NCBI GenBank assembly: GCA_963815115.1 | Contig: CAWFFN010000005.1 | Span: forward strand, 1,216,001-1,280,000 | Source: an uncultured delta proteobacterium | Lineage (GTDB): Bacteria > Desulfobacterota > Binatia > DP-6 | Reading direction: 5' to 3' | DNA length: 64,000 nucleotides | Part shown: one piece after another, positions 22,934-32,425 of the stretch | Layout of the letters: every line of letters begins with the position of its first letter | Position numbering within the stretch: the first letter of the stretch is position 1 | The notes under the pieces: generated by a model | What the model was told of the DNA's origin: nothing | Databases searched by the model: none | Seen by the model: the letters and a program-made list of their open reading frames with translations, nothing else | Made by a program: the position numbers and the translations under genes

Positions 22934-22954
22934 CTGGGGCGGTTCTGGGGCGGT
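22934..22954 (+). repeat. 11-bp-period tandem repeat, putative arm-type sites
   Basis: CTGGGGCGGT x2, about 107 bp upstream of tRNA-Ala copy 2. Confidence 0.55.
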
Positions 22955-23060
22955 CGCAGGGTGCGCGACCGTCCGCGACCATCTGCGGGGCAGGAGTGGA
23001 GCCCTCGAATTCTTGAACACTTGCGTACGGTCGAGGACACTGCGGTTCCCGATGGACCGC

Positions 23061-23102
23061 ATGGCATTCAAGAGGTCGGGAGTTCGACTCTCCTCGGCTC
23101 CA
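23061..23102 (+). repeat. tRNA-Ala(GGC) 3' half, copy 2
   Basis: Identical to 10620-10661. Confidence 0.9.
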
Positions 23103-23140
23103 CTTTTTCGTCTCGCCATGAGGTGCTACTAGCTGGAGCC

Positions 23141-23350
23141 ATGAGGCTTCCCGTCACTTTGGAGCGCGACGAGACTGGCATGATCGTCGCGGAGTGCCCG
23201 GCAATCCCCGGTTGCGTCAGTCAGGGCAACACCGAAGAGGAGGCACTCGCCAACATCCGGGACGCCATCGTCGGTTGCCTGGAGGTTCGCGCCGAGCAGG
23301 GCCTACCCCTCACGGTTCGGACGGTCGAGGTGGACGTAGCCGTTGGCTGA
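23141..23350 (+). CDS. hicB: HicB-family antitoxin (short form)
   Basis: AECPAIPGCVSQGNTEEEALANIRDAI; GGAG RBS. Confidence 0.9.
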   Translation: MRLPVTLERDETGMIVAECPAIPGCVSQGNTEEEALANIRDAIVGCLEVRAEQGLPLTVRTVEVDVAVG

Positions 23351-23567
23351 ACTGCCGGTCGTCTCCGGCCGTGAAGCTCGCCAGGCGTTCGAGCGCCTCG
23401 GTTGGGTCTTCCGCCGTCAGACCGGGAGTCACATGATCCTGACGAGGCCTGGCAGCATCGTGTCGCTGTCGATTCCCGACCACCGAGAGCTGGCACCGGG
23501 CACGCTGAGGAAGCTCATTCGCCTGTCCGGACTGACGGTGGACGAGTTCCTGCAGGCGCTTCGCTGA
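23343..23567 (+). CDS. hicA: HicA-family toxin
   Basis: LPVVSGRE..RQTGSHMIL..IPDHRELAPGTLRKLI; overlaps hicB. Confidence 0.9.
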   Translation: MAELPVVSGREARQAFERLGWVFRRQTGSHMILTRPGSIVSLSIPDHRELAPGTLRKLIRLSGLTVDEFLQALR

Positions 23568-23730
23568 CCCTGTAGCGGGGGATGCCCCGTTCCGGTGGGC
23601 AGTGTGCGGGTATTGCGCGGGACGGACCGTCCGCGACGGTGCGCGATGAGGCTCCGGGGCGCCCGGCGGAGCCAGATTTCGCGCGCGGTTGCGCATTGTC
23701 GCGCACCGTCCGTACACCCCCATCCTCCGC

Positions 23731-23772
23731 ATGGCATTCAAGAGGTCGGGAGTTCGACTCTCCTCGGCTGCA
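23731..23772 (+). repeat. tRNA-Ala(GGC) 3' half, copy 3
   Basis: One mismatch to copies 1 and 2 (GGCTGCA); shares flanks CCGC and CTTTTTC with copy 2. Confidence 0.9.
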
Positions 23773-24065
23773 CTTTTTCCGCACCGCCGGTTCTCTACCG
23801 TCGGTGACCTGCGAGCCGACCACGCGACGGTCAGCCGCTCTTCGGCAGCGGCCGCAGCCTCACCCGGTCGTCGGTGATCACCGCGAAGTGGCCGGCCCAG
23901 CCGTTCGCGTCCGACGAGCGCCTCGACGACGCGCGCGTTGTCGAGTTGGGCTCGGTCCACTGAGCCGCGACGACAGTCGGAGCGTGCGGCGGACATTGAC
24001 GACATCGTGCTCGACGTCCGCGCCGAGTTCGACGAGCTGCAGCGGGCCGCCTCCTCCTGAGCCGT

Positions 24066-24400
24066 TCAGTCATCGATCTTCGAGAAGACCCAGAGGCGCT
24101 TGCGTGCGAAATGCCCGATCACGCATCGGTTCAGCTCCGGGAACATGCGCTTGAGCCACCACGCGACCCGCATGTCGGCGTGGGGGAGACAGAAGAGCCG
24201 CCGCTTCTCCACGCACGCGACGACGTGCGCCGAAGTGGACGCCTCTCCCGCTGCTTGCCGCGGATGCCGGTGAGCATACGGCACTGACCGCCGGCCTGCG
24301 CCGGCTTCTCGTCGCTCAGGATGTCGGACTGGAATATCCCGGGGACGACGACCGTGACGCCCACGGGGCTCGTGTCGGCAGCGGAGCTCGCACTTGTCCG
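24066..24400 (-). pseudogene. C-terminal fragment of an SDR-like oxidoreductase
   Basis: VGVTVVVPGIFQSDIL and FCLPHADMRVAWWLKRMFP in different frames. Confidence 0.5.
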
Positions 24401-24488
24401 GCGGGACTCGGGAACGTACACGGCTGGTATGCGTCGTGCCCGGTCGGTACGATCGCGACGACGCTGCGTCAATCAACCGGGAGCCACC

Positions 24489-26132
24489 ATGCACTACGCC
24501 AGCATCATCGAAGCCATCGCCGATCGGCTTCCCGAGTCGGAGGCGCTGGTGCACCACGGCTCGATCCGCCACAGCTGGGCGGCGTACGACCAGCGCGCCG
24601 CGCGCCTGGCGAGCGCCCTCGGGGCCGCCGGCCTCCGACCGGGCGCGACGCTGGCGTTGTTTCTCTACAACTGCCCGGAATACCTGGAGGCACAGCTCGC
24701 CGCACTGAAACAGCGGATGACGCCCATCAACGTCAACTACCGCTACGTCGACGCGGAGGTGCAGTACCTGCTCGAGAACTCGGACAGCGAGGCGCTGGTG
24801 TTCCACGGATCGCTGGGAGAGACGATCGCGCGCGTCGTGCCGCGGATGCCGAGACTCCGGCTGCTGCTCCAGGTGAACGACCGGGCTCCCCTCATCCCCG
24901 GGGCCGTGGCCTACGAGGACGCGCTGGCCGCGCACGCGCCCGCGCCGCGCATCGAACGGCGGCCCGACGACCTGTTCATGATGTACACGGGCGGCACCAC
25001 CGGAATGCCGAAGGGCGTCATGTACGACGCGGGCGACATCAGCGCCGCCTTCGCCAACCTCTATCCGCAGGTGCTGCTCGGGCGCCCGCCCGTCTCCAGC
25101 GACGCGGAGGTGGCGGAGTTCGTGGCCGGTCTCCACGCGGCCGGACAGGCGATGACCTTCCTGCCAGCGTCGCCGCTGATGCACACCGCCGGCCTGTTCC
25201 AGAGCATGGCGATGCAGCTGCTCGGGGCGAAGATCGTCACGCTTCCGCAGCGGAGCTTCGACGCGGACGCGCTCTGGCAGGCGGTGCAGGAGGAGCGGGT
25301 CACCGGCATGGTGATCGTCGGCGACGCGTTTGCGCGCCCGATGATCGAGGCGCTCCGGGCAGCACGGGCGAAGGGCACGCCGTACGACGTGTCGTCGCTC
25401 CGGCTGGTCCTTTCGTCGGGTGTGATGTGGTCGGCCGAGTTGAAGAAGGCCCTGCTCGAGTTCGGGGACTTCACGCTGATCGACGGTATTGGCGCCACCG
25501 AAGGCGCGATGGGCTATCAGATCACCCGGCGTGGCATGGACGCCGCGACGGGGACGTTCATGAAGGCCGCCGACACCAGGCTGTTCACCGAGGACGGTTG
25601 CGAGATCGCGCCCGGGTCGGGCGAAGCCGGCCTGATCGCCGCCGGCGGCATCCTCGTGCCCCGCGGCTACTACAAGGATCCCGAGAAGTCGGCGAAGACG
25701 TTCCGCGTCGTGGCCGGCAAGCGGTACGCGTTCACGGGTGACTGGGGCAAGCTCACCGCGGACGGGTCGCTCGTCCTGCTCGGGCGCGGCTCCAGCTGCA
25801 TCAACACCGCGGGCGAGAAGGTCTTCCCGGAAGAGGTCGAGGAGATCCTGAAGACGCACCCGCAGGTCGAGGACGCCCTCGTCGTGGGCATCCCGGACGA
25901 GCGCTTCGGGCAGCGCATCGCCGCCGTGGTGGCCACGCGCGTCCGCGCCGACGAGCTTGCCCGCGAGCTGACCGCGTTCTGCAAGGACCGGATGGCGGGC
26001 TACAAGCGCCCGCGGCTGTTCGTCCGGGTCGATGCGATCTCACGCCTGGTCAACGGCAAGCCCGACTACGCGTGGGCACGGGAGCGGCTATTGGAAGCGG
26101 CTGCCGCGGAGGCGGTAGCCGGCGCGCCATAG
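24489..26132 (+). CDS. acyl-CoA synthetase (FadD19-like AMP-binding)
   Basis: YTGGTTGMPKGV, GYYKDPEKSAKTF, GRGSSCINTAGEKVFPEEVE. Confidence 0.95.
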   Translation: MHYASIIEAIADRLPESEALVHHGSIRHSWAAYDQRAARLASALGAAGLRPGATLALFLYNCPEYLEAQLAALKQRMTPINVNYRYVDAEVQYLLENSDSEALVFHGSLGETIARVVPRMPRLRLLLQVNDRAPLIPGAVAYEDALAAHAPAPRIERRPDDLFMMYTGGTTGMPKGVMYDAGDISAAFANLYPQVLLGRPPVSSDAEVAEFVAGLHAAGQAMTFLPASPLMHTAGLFQSMAMQLLGAKIVTLPQRSFDADALWQAVQEERVTGMVIVGDAFARPMIEALRAARAKGTPYDVSSLRLVLSSGVMWSAELKKALLEFGDFTLIDGIGATEGAMGYQITRRGMDAATGTFMKAADTRLFTEDGCEIAPGSGEAGLIAAGGILVPRGYYKDPEKSAKTFRVVAGKRYAFTGDWGKLTADGSLVLLGRGSSCINTAGEKVFPEEVEEILKTHPQVEDALVVGIPDERFGQRIAAVVATRVRADELARELTAFCKDRMAGYKRPRLFVRVDAISRLVNGKPDYAWARERLLEAAAAEAVAGAP

Positions 26133-26197
26133 GCTGGCCGTGACGGCGAGGCGAACGCCCGCGCGTTTGCGACATGGCTCTCATGAGATGTGCAGCC

Positions 26198-27571
26198 CTA
26201 CGCGACCGCCGCCCGCAGGTCGGCGAATGCCGCCTCGATGCAGCGCGCCAGGGCGGGTGCGTCGGGCACCGCCTCGCGTGTCGCCCCGATGCTGAACCAG
26301 AGTTTGTCGTCGTAGCTGAGCAACGTCACGTTCAGGCCCGCCCCCGGCGGCACGATGGGCGTCCCGACGAATCCCACGAGCCGTGCGCCGCCCAGGTAGA
26401 GCGTGCGCGGCGGCCCCGACATGTTCGAGACGATGAGGTTGTAACTCGGCACGGCGCCCCCGAGGGCGGGCAGCAGATCCAGCACGGTCTGGGTGACGAA
26501 GACTCCCACGGTGAGCGCTTGCAACAAGGGCCGCGGCGTCCGCCGCGCCGCGTCCTTGAACTCGCGCATCGTGCGGGCGATGCCCTGAAGACGGCGGCGA
26601 GGGGTCGCACGGTTCTCACCCAGACGAACCGGCAACGCGGCCGCGACGTTGCCTCCGCTCGTGTCGCCCTCGTCCCGCAGCGAGATCGCCACGAGGGCGA
26701 CGAGCGGCGCGGACGCTGGCTTCCCCAACTGCGCGAGATAGCGGTTCGCGCCGTCGTCGACGATCGAGAGCACCACGTCGTTGACCGTGGCGCCGAGCGC
26801 CCGACCCGCGGCCTTCACCCGCCGGAGCGGGAGGGCGAATCCCGCGTAGCTGCGGGCGGACGAGCGCACGGTGTTGTTGAGTGCGTTCGGTGTCGCCCAC
26901 AGGCGGACCGGATCGGAGGCGCCGAGGGCCCCGCGCCCCATGGCGAGCACCGCGTTGGCGGTTCCAGCCAGCGCTGAGAGCATGCCGGTGAACGGAGCGA
27001 GCGAGGCCCCGGACGCCGATGTGTCCACGCGATCGCTCCGCTTCCCCAACGAGCCTCGATCCTGGCGCGGCGGCTGCCCCCACATGGGGTGGATGTGGTC
27101 GTCGTGCGGCAGCTCGGAGTGGGACTCGCGCAGCAGGCGCATGGTCGCCATGCCGTCGAGCAGGGCGTGGTGCACCTTGATCATGATGGCCACGCGCCCG
27201 CCCTTGAGCCCGTCGATGACGTAGCACTCCCAGAGCGGAAGGTTCCGGTCCAGCAGCGGCGCGTACAGCATCCCCACCACCTCGAACAGCTGGTGGAGCG
27301 ACCCCGGTGCGGGCAGGGCCACGTGCCGCACGTGGTGCGAGAGATCGGGCTCCACGATCTCCCACGCCGGGAGTCCGTGCCGGATCCAGGTCGGGCGGCG
27401 CTCGAACGGGGGGTGCACCGCCGCGGCGCGGAAGGCGCGCAGCACCTTCTGCCCGAAACCGCCTCCTTCGCGCTGCGGCGGGTCGTAGATCCCGACGCCG
27501 GACATGGTGGCGGCCCGTTCCGGCGTCTCGATCGACAGGAACAGAAGCGCGATCGGGTCGATCGGAATCAC
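26198..27571 (-). CDS. wax ester synthase/diacylglycerol acyltransferase
   Basis: KVHHALLDG, LLDRNLPLWE, ATVNDVVL; GTG start overlaps the upstream stop. Confidence 0.9.
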   Translation of the reverse strand: MIPIDPIALLFLSIETPERAATMSGVGIYDPPQREGGGFGQKVLRAFRAAAVHPPFERRPTWIRHGLPAWEIVEPDLSHHVRHVALPAPGSLHQLFEVVGMLYAPLLDRNLPLWECYVIDGLKGGRVAIMIKVHHALLDGMATMRLLRESHSELPHDDHIHPMWGQPPRQDRGSLGKRSDRVDTSASGASLAPFTGMLSALAGTANAVLAMGRGALGASDPVRLWATPNALNNTVRSSARSYAGFALPLRRVKAAGRALGATVNDVVLSIVDDGANRYLAQLGKPASAPLVALVAISLRDEGDTSGGNVAAALPVRLGENRATPRRRLQGIARTMREFKDAARRTPRPLLQALTVGVFVTQTVLDLLPALGGAVPSYNLIVSNMSGPPRTLYLGGARLVGFVGTPIVPPGAGLNVTLLSYDDKLWFSIGATREAVPDAPALARCIEAAFADLRAAVA

Positions 27572-28980
27572 GGCACGGCTGCGACGGCGGCCACCCGGTC
27601 GCCTGCGAGCTCCACGAGCTCCTGGAGCGCTTCGCGGAAGTAGCCGAACAGGACCCAACCGTCCTTCGCGATGGCGCTGTCCGCCATGATGCAGAGGTTC
27701 ATGTTCCGATGGTAGCTCCACACCGTGATGTTGAGCGGGGTGCCATGGACGATCTGTCCCATCGAGAACCAGTTCTCGTAGCGGATCTTGTCCAGGAAGA
27801 GCAGTTCCCTCGGCCCCTGCACGTTCGAGAGCGCGACGTTCGCGAAGAGCGAGAACGTCCCGCGCTTTCGGCGGATGAACGCGTCGACCACGCGGCCGGC
27901 GACCGGCGGCATGGCATTGAACAGCGCGCCCAGGTCTCCGCCCCTGACCGCCTCCAAGTGCTGCTTCATCGCGGTTCCCGCCGCGCTCGCAGCCCGAAGC
28001 CGTGCGAGCGGATCCGCGACGTGCGTCGGAAGCCACAGAAAGTCGATCGTCGTGAAGTTGCCGACGGCCACCTTGTCGGCAGGACGCTCCAGCCCGACGG
28101 GGATCGCCGCCACGATCGGCCCGCGGTCGGCGTCGTAGCCGCAGTCGAAGAAGAACCGGCGGATCGCCGCCGCGCTGCAGGCGAGAAAGACGTCGTTGAT
28201 GGTGGCCCCGAGGGCGGAACGCACCGTGCGGAAGTCGTCGAGCGGCAGCGAATCGCAGACGAAGGTCCGCCCGTGGCTGAGCATGCGACTGAGCGGAGTC
28301 AGCGGCGCGTCCGTCTGCGTGGGCGGCAGCGGGCGGCCCGCCCGCCGGTACTCGGCGGTCACGGCGCGTCGCTTCCGCAGACCGGCCAGCGCGCGCGGCA
28401 CGTCGTGCAGGAAGACGCCGGGGAGATCCCGCAGCGCCCACAGGATGCTGCGGCCAGCGGAGGGCCAGGGCTTCGGATCCCAACGCGCCGCCTCGGCGTC
28501 GCCGGGCTCGTCGGGCCGGACGAATTCCTGCAGTGCGCGCGCCGCCCCGATGCCGTCGAAGTAGGCGTGGTGGACGATCATGACGCATGCGAATCGTCCC
28601 CCTTGCAGTCCCTCGACGATCCACATGATCCAGAGCGGGCGGCTGCGGTCGAGCGGCCACGCGTAGAGCGAGGAGACGAGCTCGCAGAGCGCCTTCTGGT
28701 CGCCCGGTGCCGGGCACACCACCCGACGGATGTGATAGTCGACGTGGAAGTCGGGGTCCTCGACCCACACAGGGTGGTGGAGCCCGAGCGGGGTGGGGAC
28801 GTACCGCCAGCGCAGCGGGGGCACGCGATAGAGGCGCTCCGCGAACAGGCGCTTGATCCACTCGTACGACGCGGCGCGCGGCTCCGCCGACGGATCGACG
28901 ATCGCGATCTTCAGCGTGTGCTGATACTGCCGCGGGCCGTCCAGATAGAGCAACATCGCGTCGGTGCCGCTCAGACGCAT
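27568..28980 (-). CDS. wax ester synthase/diacylglycerol acyltransferase
   Basis: MRLSGTDA, PLDRSRPLW, HHAYFDG, ATINDVFL, SNVQGP. Confidence 0.9.
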   Translation of the reverse strand: MRLSGTDAMLLYLDGPRQYQHTLKIAIVDPSAEPRAASYEWIKRLFAERLYRVPPLRWRYVPTPLGLHHPVWVEDPDFHVDYHIRRVVCPAPGDQKALCELVSSLYAWPLDRSRPLWIMWIVEGLQGGRFACVMIVHHAYFDGIGAARALQEFVRPDEPGDAEAARWDPKPWPSAGRSILWALRDLPGVFLHDVPRALAGLRKRRAVTAEYRRAGRPLPPTQTDAPLTPLSRMLSHGRTFVCDSLPLDDFRTVRSALGATINDVFLACSAAAIRRFFFDCGYDADRGPIVAAIPVGLERPADKVAVGNFTTIDFLWLPTHVADPLARLRAASAAGTAMKQHLEAVRGGDLGALFNAMPPVAGRVVDAFIRRKRGTFSLFANVALSNVQGPRELLFLDKIRYENWFSMGQIVHGTPLNITVWSYHRNMNLCIMADSAIAKDGWVLFGYFREALQELVELAGDRVAAVAAVP

Positions 28981-29227
28981 CGAGCCCCTCCGTCACGGGC
29001 GTGCAGCCGCCGGTTCACGAGCCCCACTGTCCGCTTAGTCTCCTATCAGGAAGGCGTCAAGGAAGACCTCGTCGGTTTGTCGATTCGGGCTCCGTACGCC
29101 GTTTCTCGCGCCAGGCGCTCTGCTTCCTGCCCCAATCCCGACCCCCGCGCGGCGGGTTGGTGCGATGTTGCTCTGCTGGATATCGGCGACGGTGCACATC
29201 GTGGTAGGAGCAGCCAGAGGGATACGG

Positions 29228-31435
29228 ATGACCACGGGTGCCCGCGCGGAGGGATCACGATGGGACGCGGCGAAGCCCGCGGGCGTCGCGGATACCGTCC
29301 GCGCGGCCGAGCTGCTGGCAGCGCGCCTACCGTCCCAGCTCGCCGTCTTCGCGAGCCTCGCCTACAATTTCGCCGGTTTCTGGCGTGCCGAGGGCAGGGA
29401 GCTCTTCGCCGCGATCGATTCGCACACGTGGGCGCGGTGCGAGCGCAATCCCGTTCGATTCCTGGCGGAAGCCCCCGCGCTCCACCTCGCTCGGGCCGCC
29501 CAGGACCGGGCTCTCCTGGCCCGCGCCGAGGCCCTGTGGCGTTCCCTCCAGGAACAGAGCGCCCGGCCCTTCGTCTCCACCGGGCCCATCTCCGCCACCT
29601 CCCCGGTGGCATTCCTGTGCGCCGAGTTCGCCATCTACCAGTCCCTCCCCATCTATTCCGGTGGCCTCGGCGTGCTCGCGGGAGACCTGCTCAAGGAAGC
29701 GTCGGACCGCGGCGTTCCCCTGGTCGGTGTGGGCCTCTACTATCGTCAGGGTTACTTCCACCAGCGTCTGGACCCTTCCTTCTGGCAGCACGAATACTGG
29801 ATCGAGACCCCGCCCCACCGGGTGCCCATCGCGCTGGTGACCGACGACTGGGGAATTCCGCTGACGGTCAGCGTTCGGCTCTGGGGCCAGGACGTGGTGC
29901 TGCAGATCTGGCGCGCAGCGGTGGGGCGAACCTCCCTGTACCTGCTCGACGCGGATCGCACGGAGAACTCGCAGATCGCTCGCTGGCTCACGGCGCGCCT
30001 CTACGACTCCAACCGGGAGGTGCGCCTGGGCCAGTACGCCGTGCTCGGGATCGGCGGGATGCGCGCGCTGCGGGCCCTGCGGATCGAGCCCTCGGTGGTG
30101 CACCTCAACGAGGGCCACGCAGCGCTGGCAGCGTTGGAGCTGGCGCGCGACGCGGTAAAGGCGCACGCGGCTCCGGCCGAGGTCCTGGAGGCGACCCGTC
30201 AGCGGCTGGTCTTCACCACCCACACTCCGGTCGCGGCCGGCAACGAGACCTACGCATCCGAGGTCCTGTGGCGAGTGCTGGGAGATCTCCCCGAGGAGCT
30301 GGGCCTCCCTCGTGAAGAGATCCTGCGCTGGGGCCGGATCCATCCCGAGGAGAGCGGCGAGCCGCTGGGGCTCACGGTGCTTGCGCTGCGCACGAGCCGC
30401 AGCGCCAACGGCGTGAGCCGAGTGCACGGAGGGGTTGCGCGGCGGATGTGGAACCCCCTCTGGCCGGATCGGGCCGTGGAGGATGTCCCGATCGGCCACG
30501 TCACGAACGGCGTGCACCTCCCGACCTGGATGGCAGCGCCCATGCGGGAGCTGATGGACCGCTACCTCGGGGCGGACTGGATGGAACGCTCCGCCGACTC
30601 CCGCACCTGGGAGGCCGTGGAGGACATCCCGGACGGGGAGATCTGGGCCGTGCGCAACCAGATGCGGCGAACCTGCGTGGAGTTCGTCCGCGAGCGCACC
30701 ATCGCCGATCGCCTTGGCCGCGCGGATGGGCTCGCCTTGATCGAAAGCTGGACGGCGCCCCTGTCGGGGGAAATCCTCACCGTGGGCTTCGCGCGACGGC
30801 TCGCCTCCTACAAGCGGATCCATCTGCTTCCCCACGGCGATCCGCAGCGCTTCCGCGCGCACTTGCAGGGAGATCCTCCCGTGCAGTGGCTCACGGCCGG
30901 CAAGGCGCACCCGCTCGACGACGAGGCCAAGGGGCTGCTGCAGCGAAGCGCCGCCAGCCTGGGGGCACAGCGCGACAACGAGCGGCAGCGCCTTGCGTAC
31001 GTCGAGGACTACGACCTCGCCGTGGCCACACGGCTCGTGGCGGGGTGCGACGTCTGGACGAATGCGCCGAGGCCCCCGCTCGAGGCCTGTGGAACCAGCG
31101 GCATGAAGGCCGTCCTCAACGGCGCGTTGAACCTGAGCGTGCTGGACGGCTGGTGGGCCGAGGCCTTCGACGGATCGAACGGCTGGGCGGTGTCGGCCGA
31201 CCCAGCGGAGAACGAGGCGGCGCGCGACGACCGCGACAGTCACCTCGTCCTCGATCTCTTCGAGCGCGAGATCATGCCGCTCTTCTATGACCGGGACGCA
31301 GCCGGGATCCCGCGCCGCTGGGTTCACCGGATCAAGCGCTCCCTGCGCACCAACGGCCCCCGCTTCTGCGCCGCGCGGATGCTCGACGAGTACGTCGGTG
31401 CCGTGTACACCAGGCGCGGAGCAGGTGCCCGCTGA
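29228..31435 (+). CDS. glgP: alpha-glucan (glycogen/starch) phosphorylase
   Basis: YSGGLGVLAGD, HLNEGH, FTTHTPV, EACGTSGMKA. Confidence 0.95.
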   Translation: MTTGARAEGSRWDAAKPAGVADTVRAAELLAARLPSQLAVFASLAYNFAGFWRAEGRELFAAIDSHTWARCERNPVRFLAEAPALHLARAAQDRALLARAEALWRSLQEQSARPFVSTGPISATSPVAFLCAEFAIYQSLPIYSGGLGVLAGDLLKEASDRGVPLVGVGLYYRQGYFHQRLDPSFWQHEYWIETPPHRVPIALVTDDWGIPLTVSVRLWGQDVVLQIWRAAVGRTSLYLLDADRTENSQIARWLTARLYDSNREVRLGQYAVLGIGGMRALRALRIEPSVVHLNEGHAALAALELARDAVKAHAAPAEVLEATRQRLVFTTHTPVAAGNETYASEVLWRVLGDLPEELGLPREEILRWGRIHPEESGEPLGLTVLALRTSRSANGVSRVHGGVARRMWNPLWPDRAVEDVPIGHVTNGVHLPTWMAAPMRELMDRYLGADWMERSADSRTWEAVEDIPDGEIWAVRNQMRRTCVEFVRERTIADRLGRADGLALIESWTAPLSGEILTVGFARRLASYKRIHLLPHGDPQRFRAHLQGDPPVQWLTAGKAHPLDDEAKGLLQRSAASLGAQRDNERQRLAYVEDYDLAVATRLVAGCDVWTNAPRPPLEACGTSGMKAVLNGALNLSVLDGWWAEAFDGSNGWAVSADPAENEAARDDRDSHLVLDLFEREIMPLFYDRDAAGIPRRWVHRIKRSLRTNGPRFCAARMLDEYVGAVYTRRGAGAR

Positions 31436-31462
31436 AACGGGTCACAGGGGCTACCACTGCTC

Positions 31463-32425
31463 ATGCGTGAGGAGCTGCCGCCGATCGCGTTTCTCCGCGC
31501 CTTCTCCCGTGCCGCGGAGACGCTGAGTCTCAAGGAGGCGGCGGCCGACCTCAACCTGTCGCCATCCGCGGTGAGCCGGCAGATTCAGTCGCTGGAAGCG
31601 CACCTCGGCGTCACGCTCTTTCGTCGCCTCAACCCGGGGCTGGAGGTCACCGAGGAGGGCCTGCGCTATCTCGAGGCGGTGAATCGCGTGTTGGGTGAGC
31701 TGCGGCGCGCGCAGGATGCGCTCGCCGGCCCTCGTTCGGGCCCGCTGCGCGTGAGCGCCCTCGAGTCGTTCACCGAGAGCTGGCTGATCCCGCACCTGTC
31801 CGACTTCGAGCGCACCCATTCCGGCATCGAGCTGCAGGTCGAGGCGACGTTGCGCTACGCCGACTTCGAGCGCGATCCGGTCGACGTGGCGATCCGCTTC
31901 GGCACGGGACCGTGGGCCGGTCTGCACAGCGAGCCGATCGTTGACCTGACCTACTTCCCCGTGTGCAGCCCCACGCTCGGCGGCGAGTCGCCCGTCCGGG
32001 AGCCCAGCGATCTGCGCTGGCACACGATGATCCACGTGAGCCAGACCCCCGATGCGTGGAGCGAGTGGCTGCGCCAGGCGGGTGTCCCTGGACTGCGGCC
32101 GAGGCGCAGCATCACCTACGACCATCTGTCGATCGCGTTGAGCGCGGCGGAGTCCGGTCACGGCGTCGCGCTGTCGAGCGACTTCCTGTGCGCACAGCGG
32201 CTGGCGACAGGGCGACTCCGGGCGCCGTTCACGGTCCGGGCCCGCTCGGCGTCGACCTATCATCTCGTCTGTCGGCCGGAAGGGCTCGAGGATTCGCGGA
32301 TCGTCGCATTCCGTGACTGGCTGGTCGAGGCGCTCGGCGAGGCAGAGCGGTTGCGTCCTGCGCAACCGCGCGTGCGGAGAAATCGTTTGCGTGGCTCCGC
32401 GCCGCTCGGTAGCTGCCGTCCATGA
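31463..32425 (+). CDS. LysR-family regulator (GcvA-like)
   Basis: N-terminal HTH SPSAVSRQIQSLE and substrate-binding domain. Confidence 0.95.
   Translation: MREELPPIAFLRAFSRAAETLSLKEAAADLNLSPSAVSRQIQSLEAHLGVTLFRRLNPGLEVTEEGLRYLEAVNRVLGELRRAQDALAGPRSGPLRVSALESFTESWLIPHLSDFERTHSGIELQVEATLRYADFERDPVDVAIRFGTGPWAGLHSEPIVDLTYFPVCSPTLGGESPVREPSDLRWHTMIHVSQTPDAWSEWLRQAGVPGLRPRRSITYDHLSIALSAAESGHGVALSSDFLCAQRLATGRLRAPFTVRARSASTYHLVCRPEGLEDSRIVAFRDWLVEALGEAERLRPAQPRVRRNRLRGSAPLGSCRP

Noticed and set aside
23061-23772. CRISPR array from the 42-bp repeats
   Set aside because: Repeats are tRNA-derived, spacing is 0.67-19 kb, and no cas genes were seen.
27307-30315. 1002-aa plus-strand ORF and similar long ORFs (24066-25859, 29327-31327, 60740-62725)
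   Set aside because: Shadow frames of real genes in high-GC DNA; no motifs.
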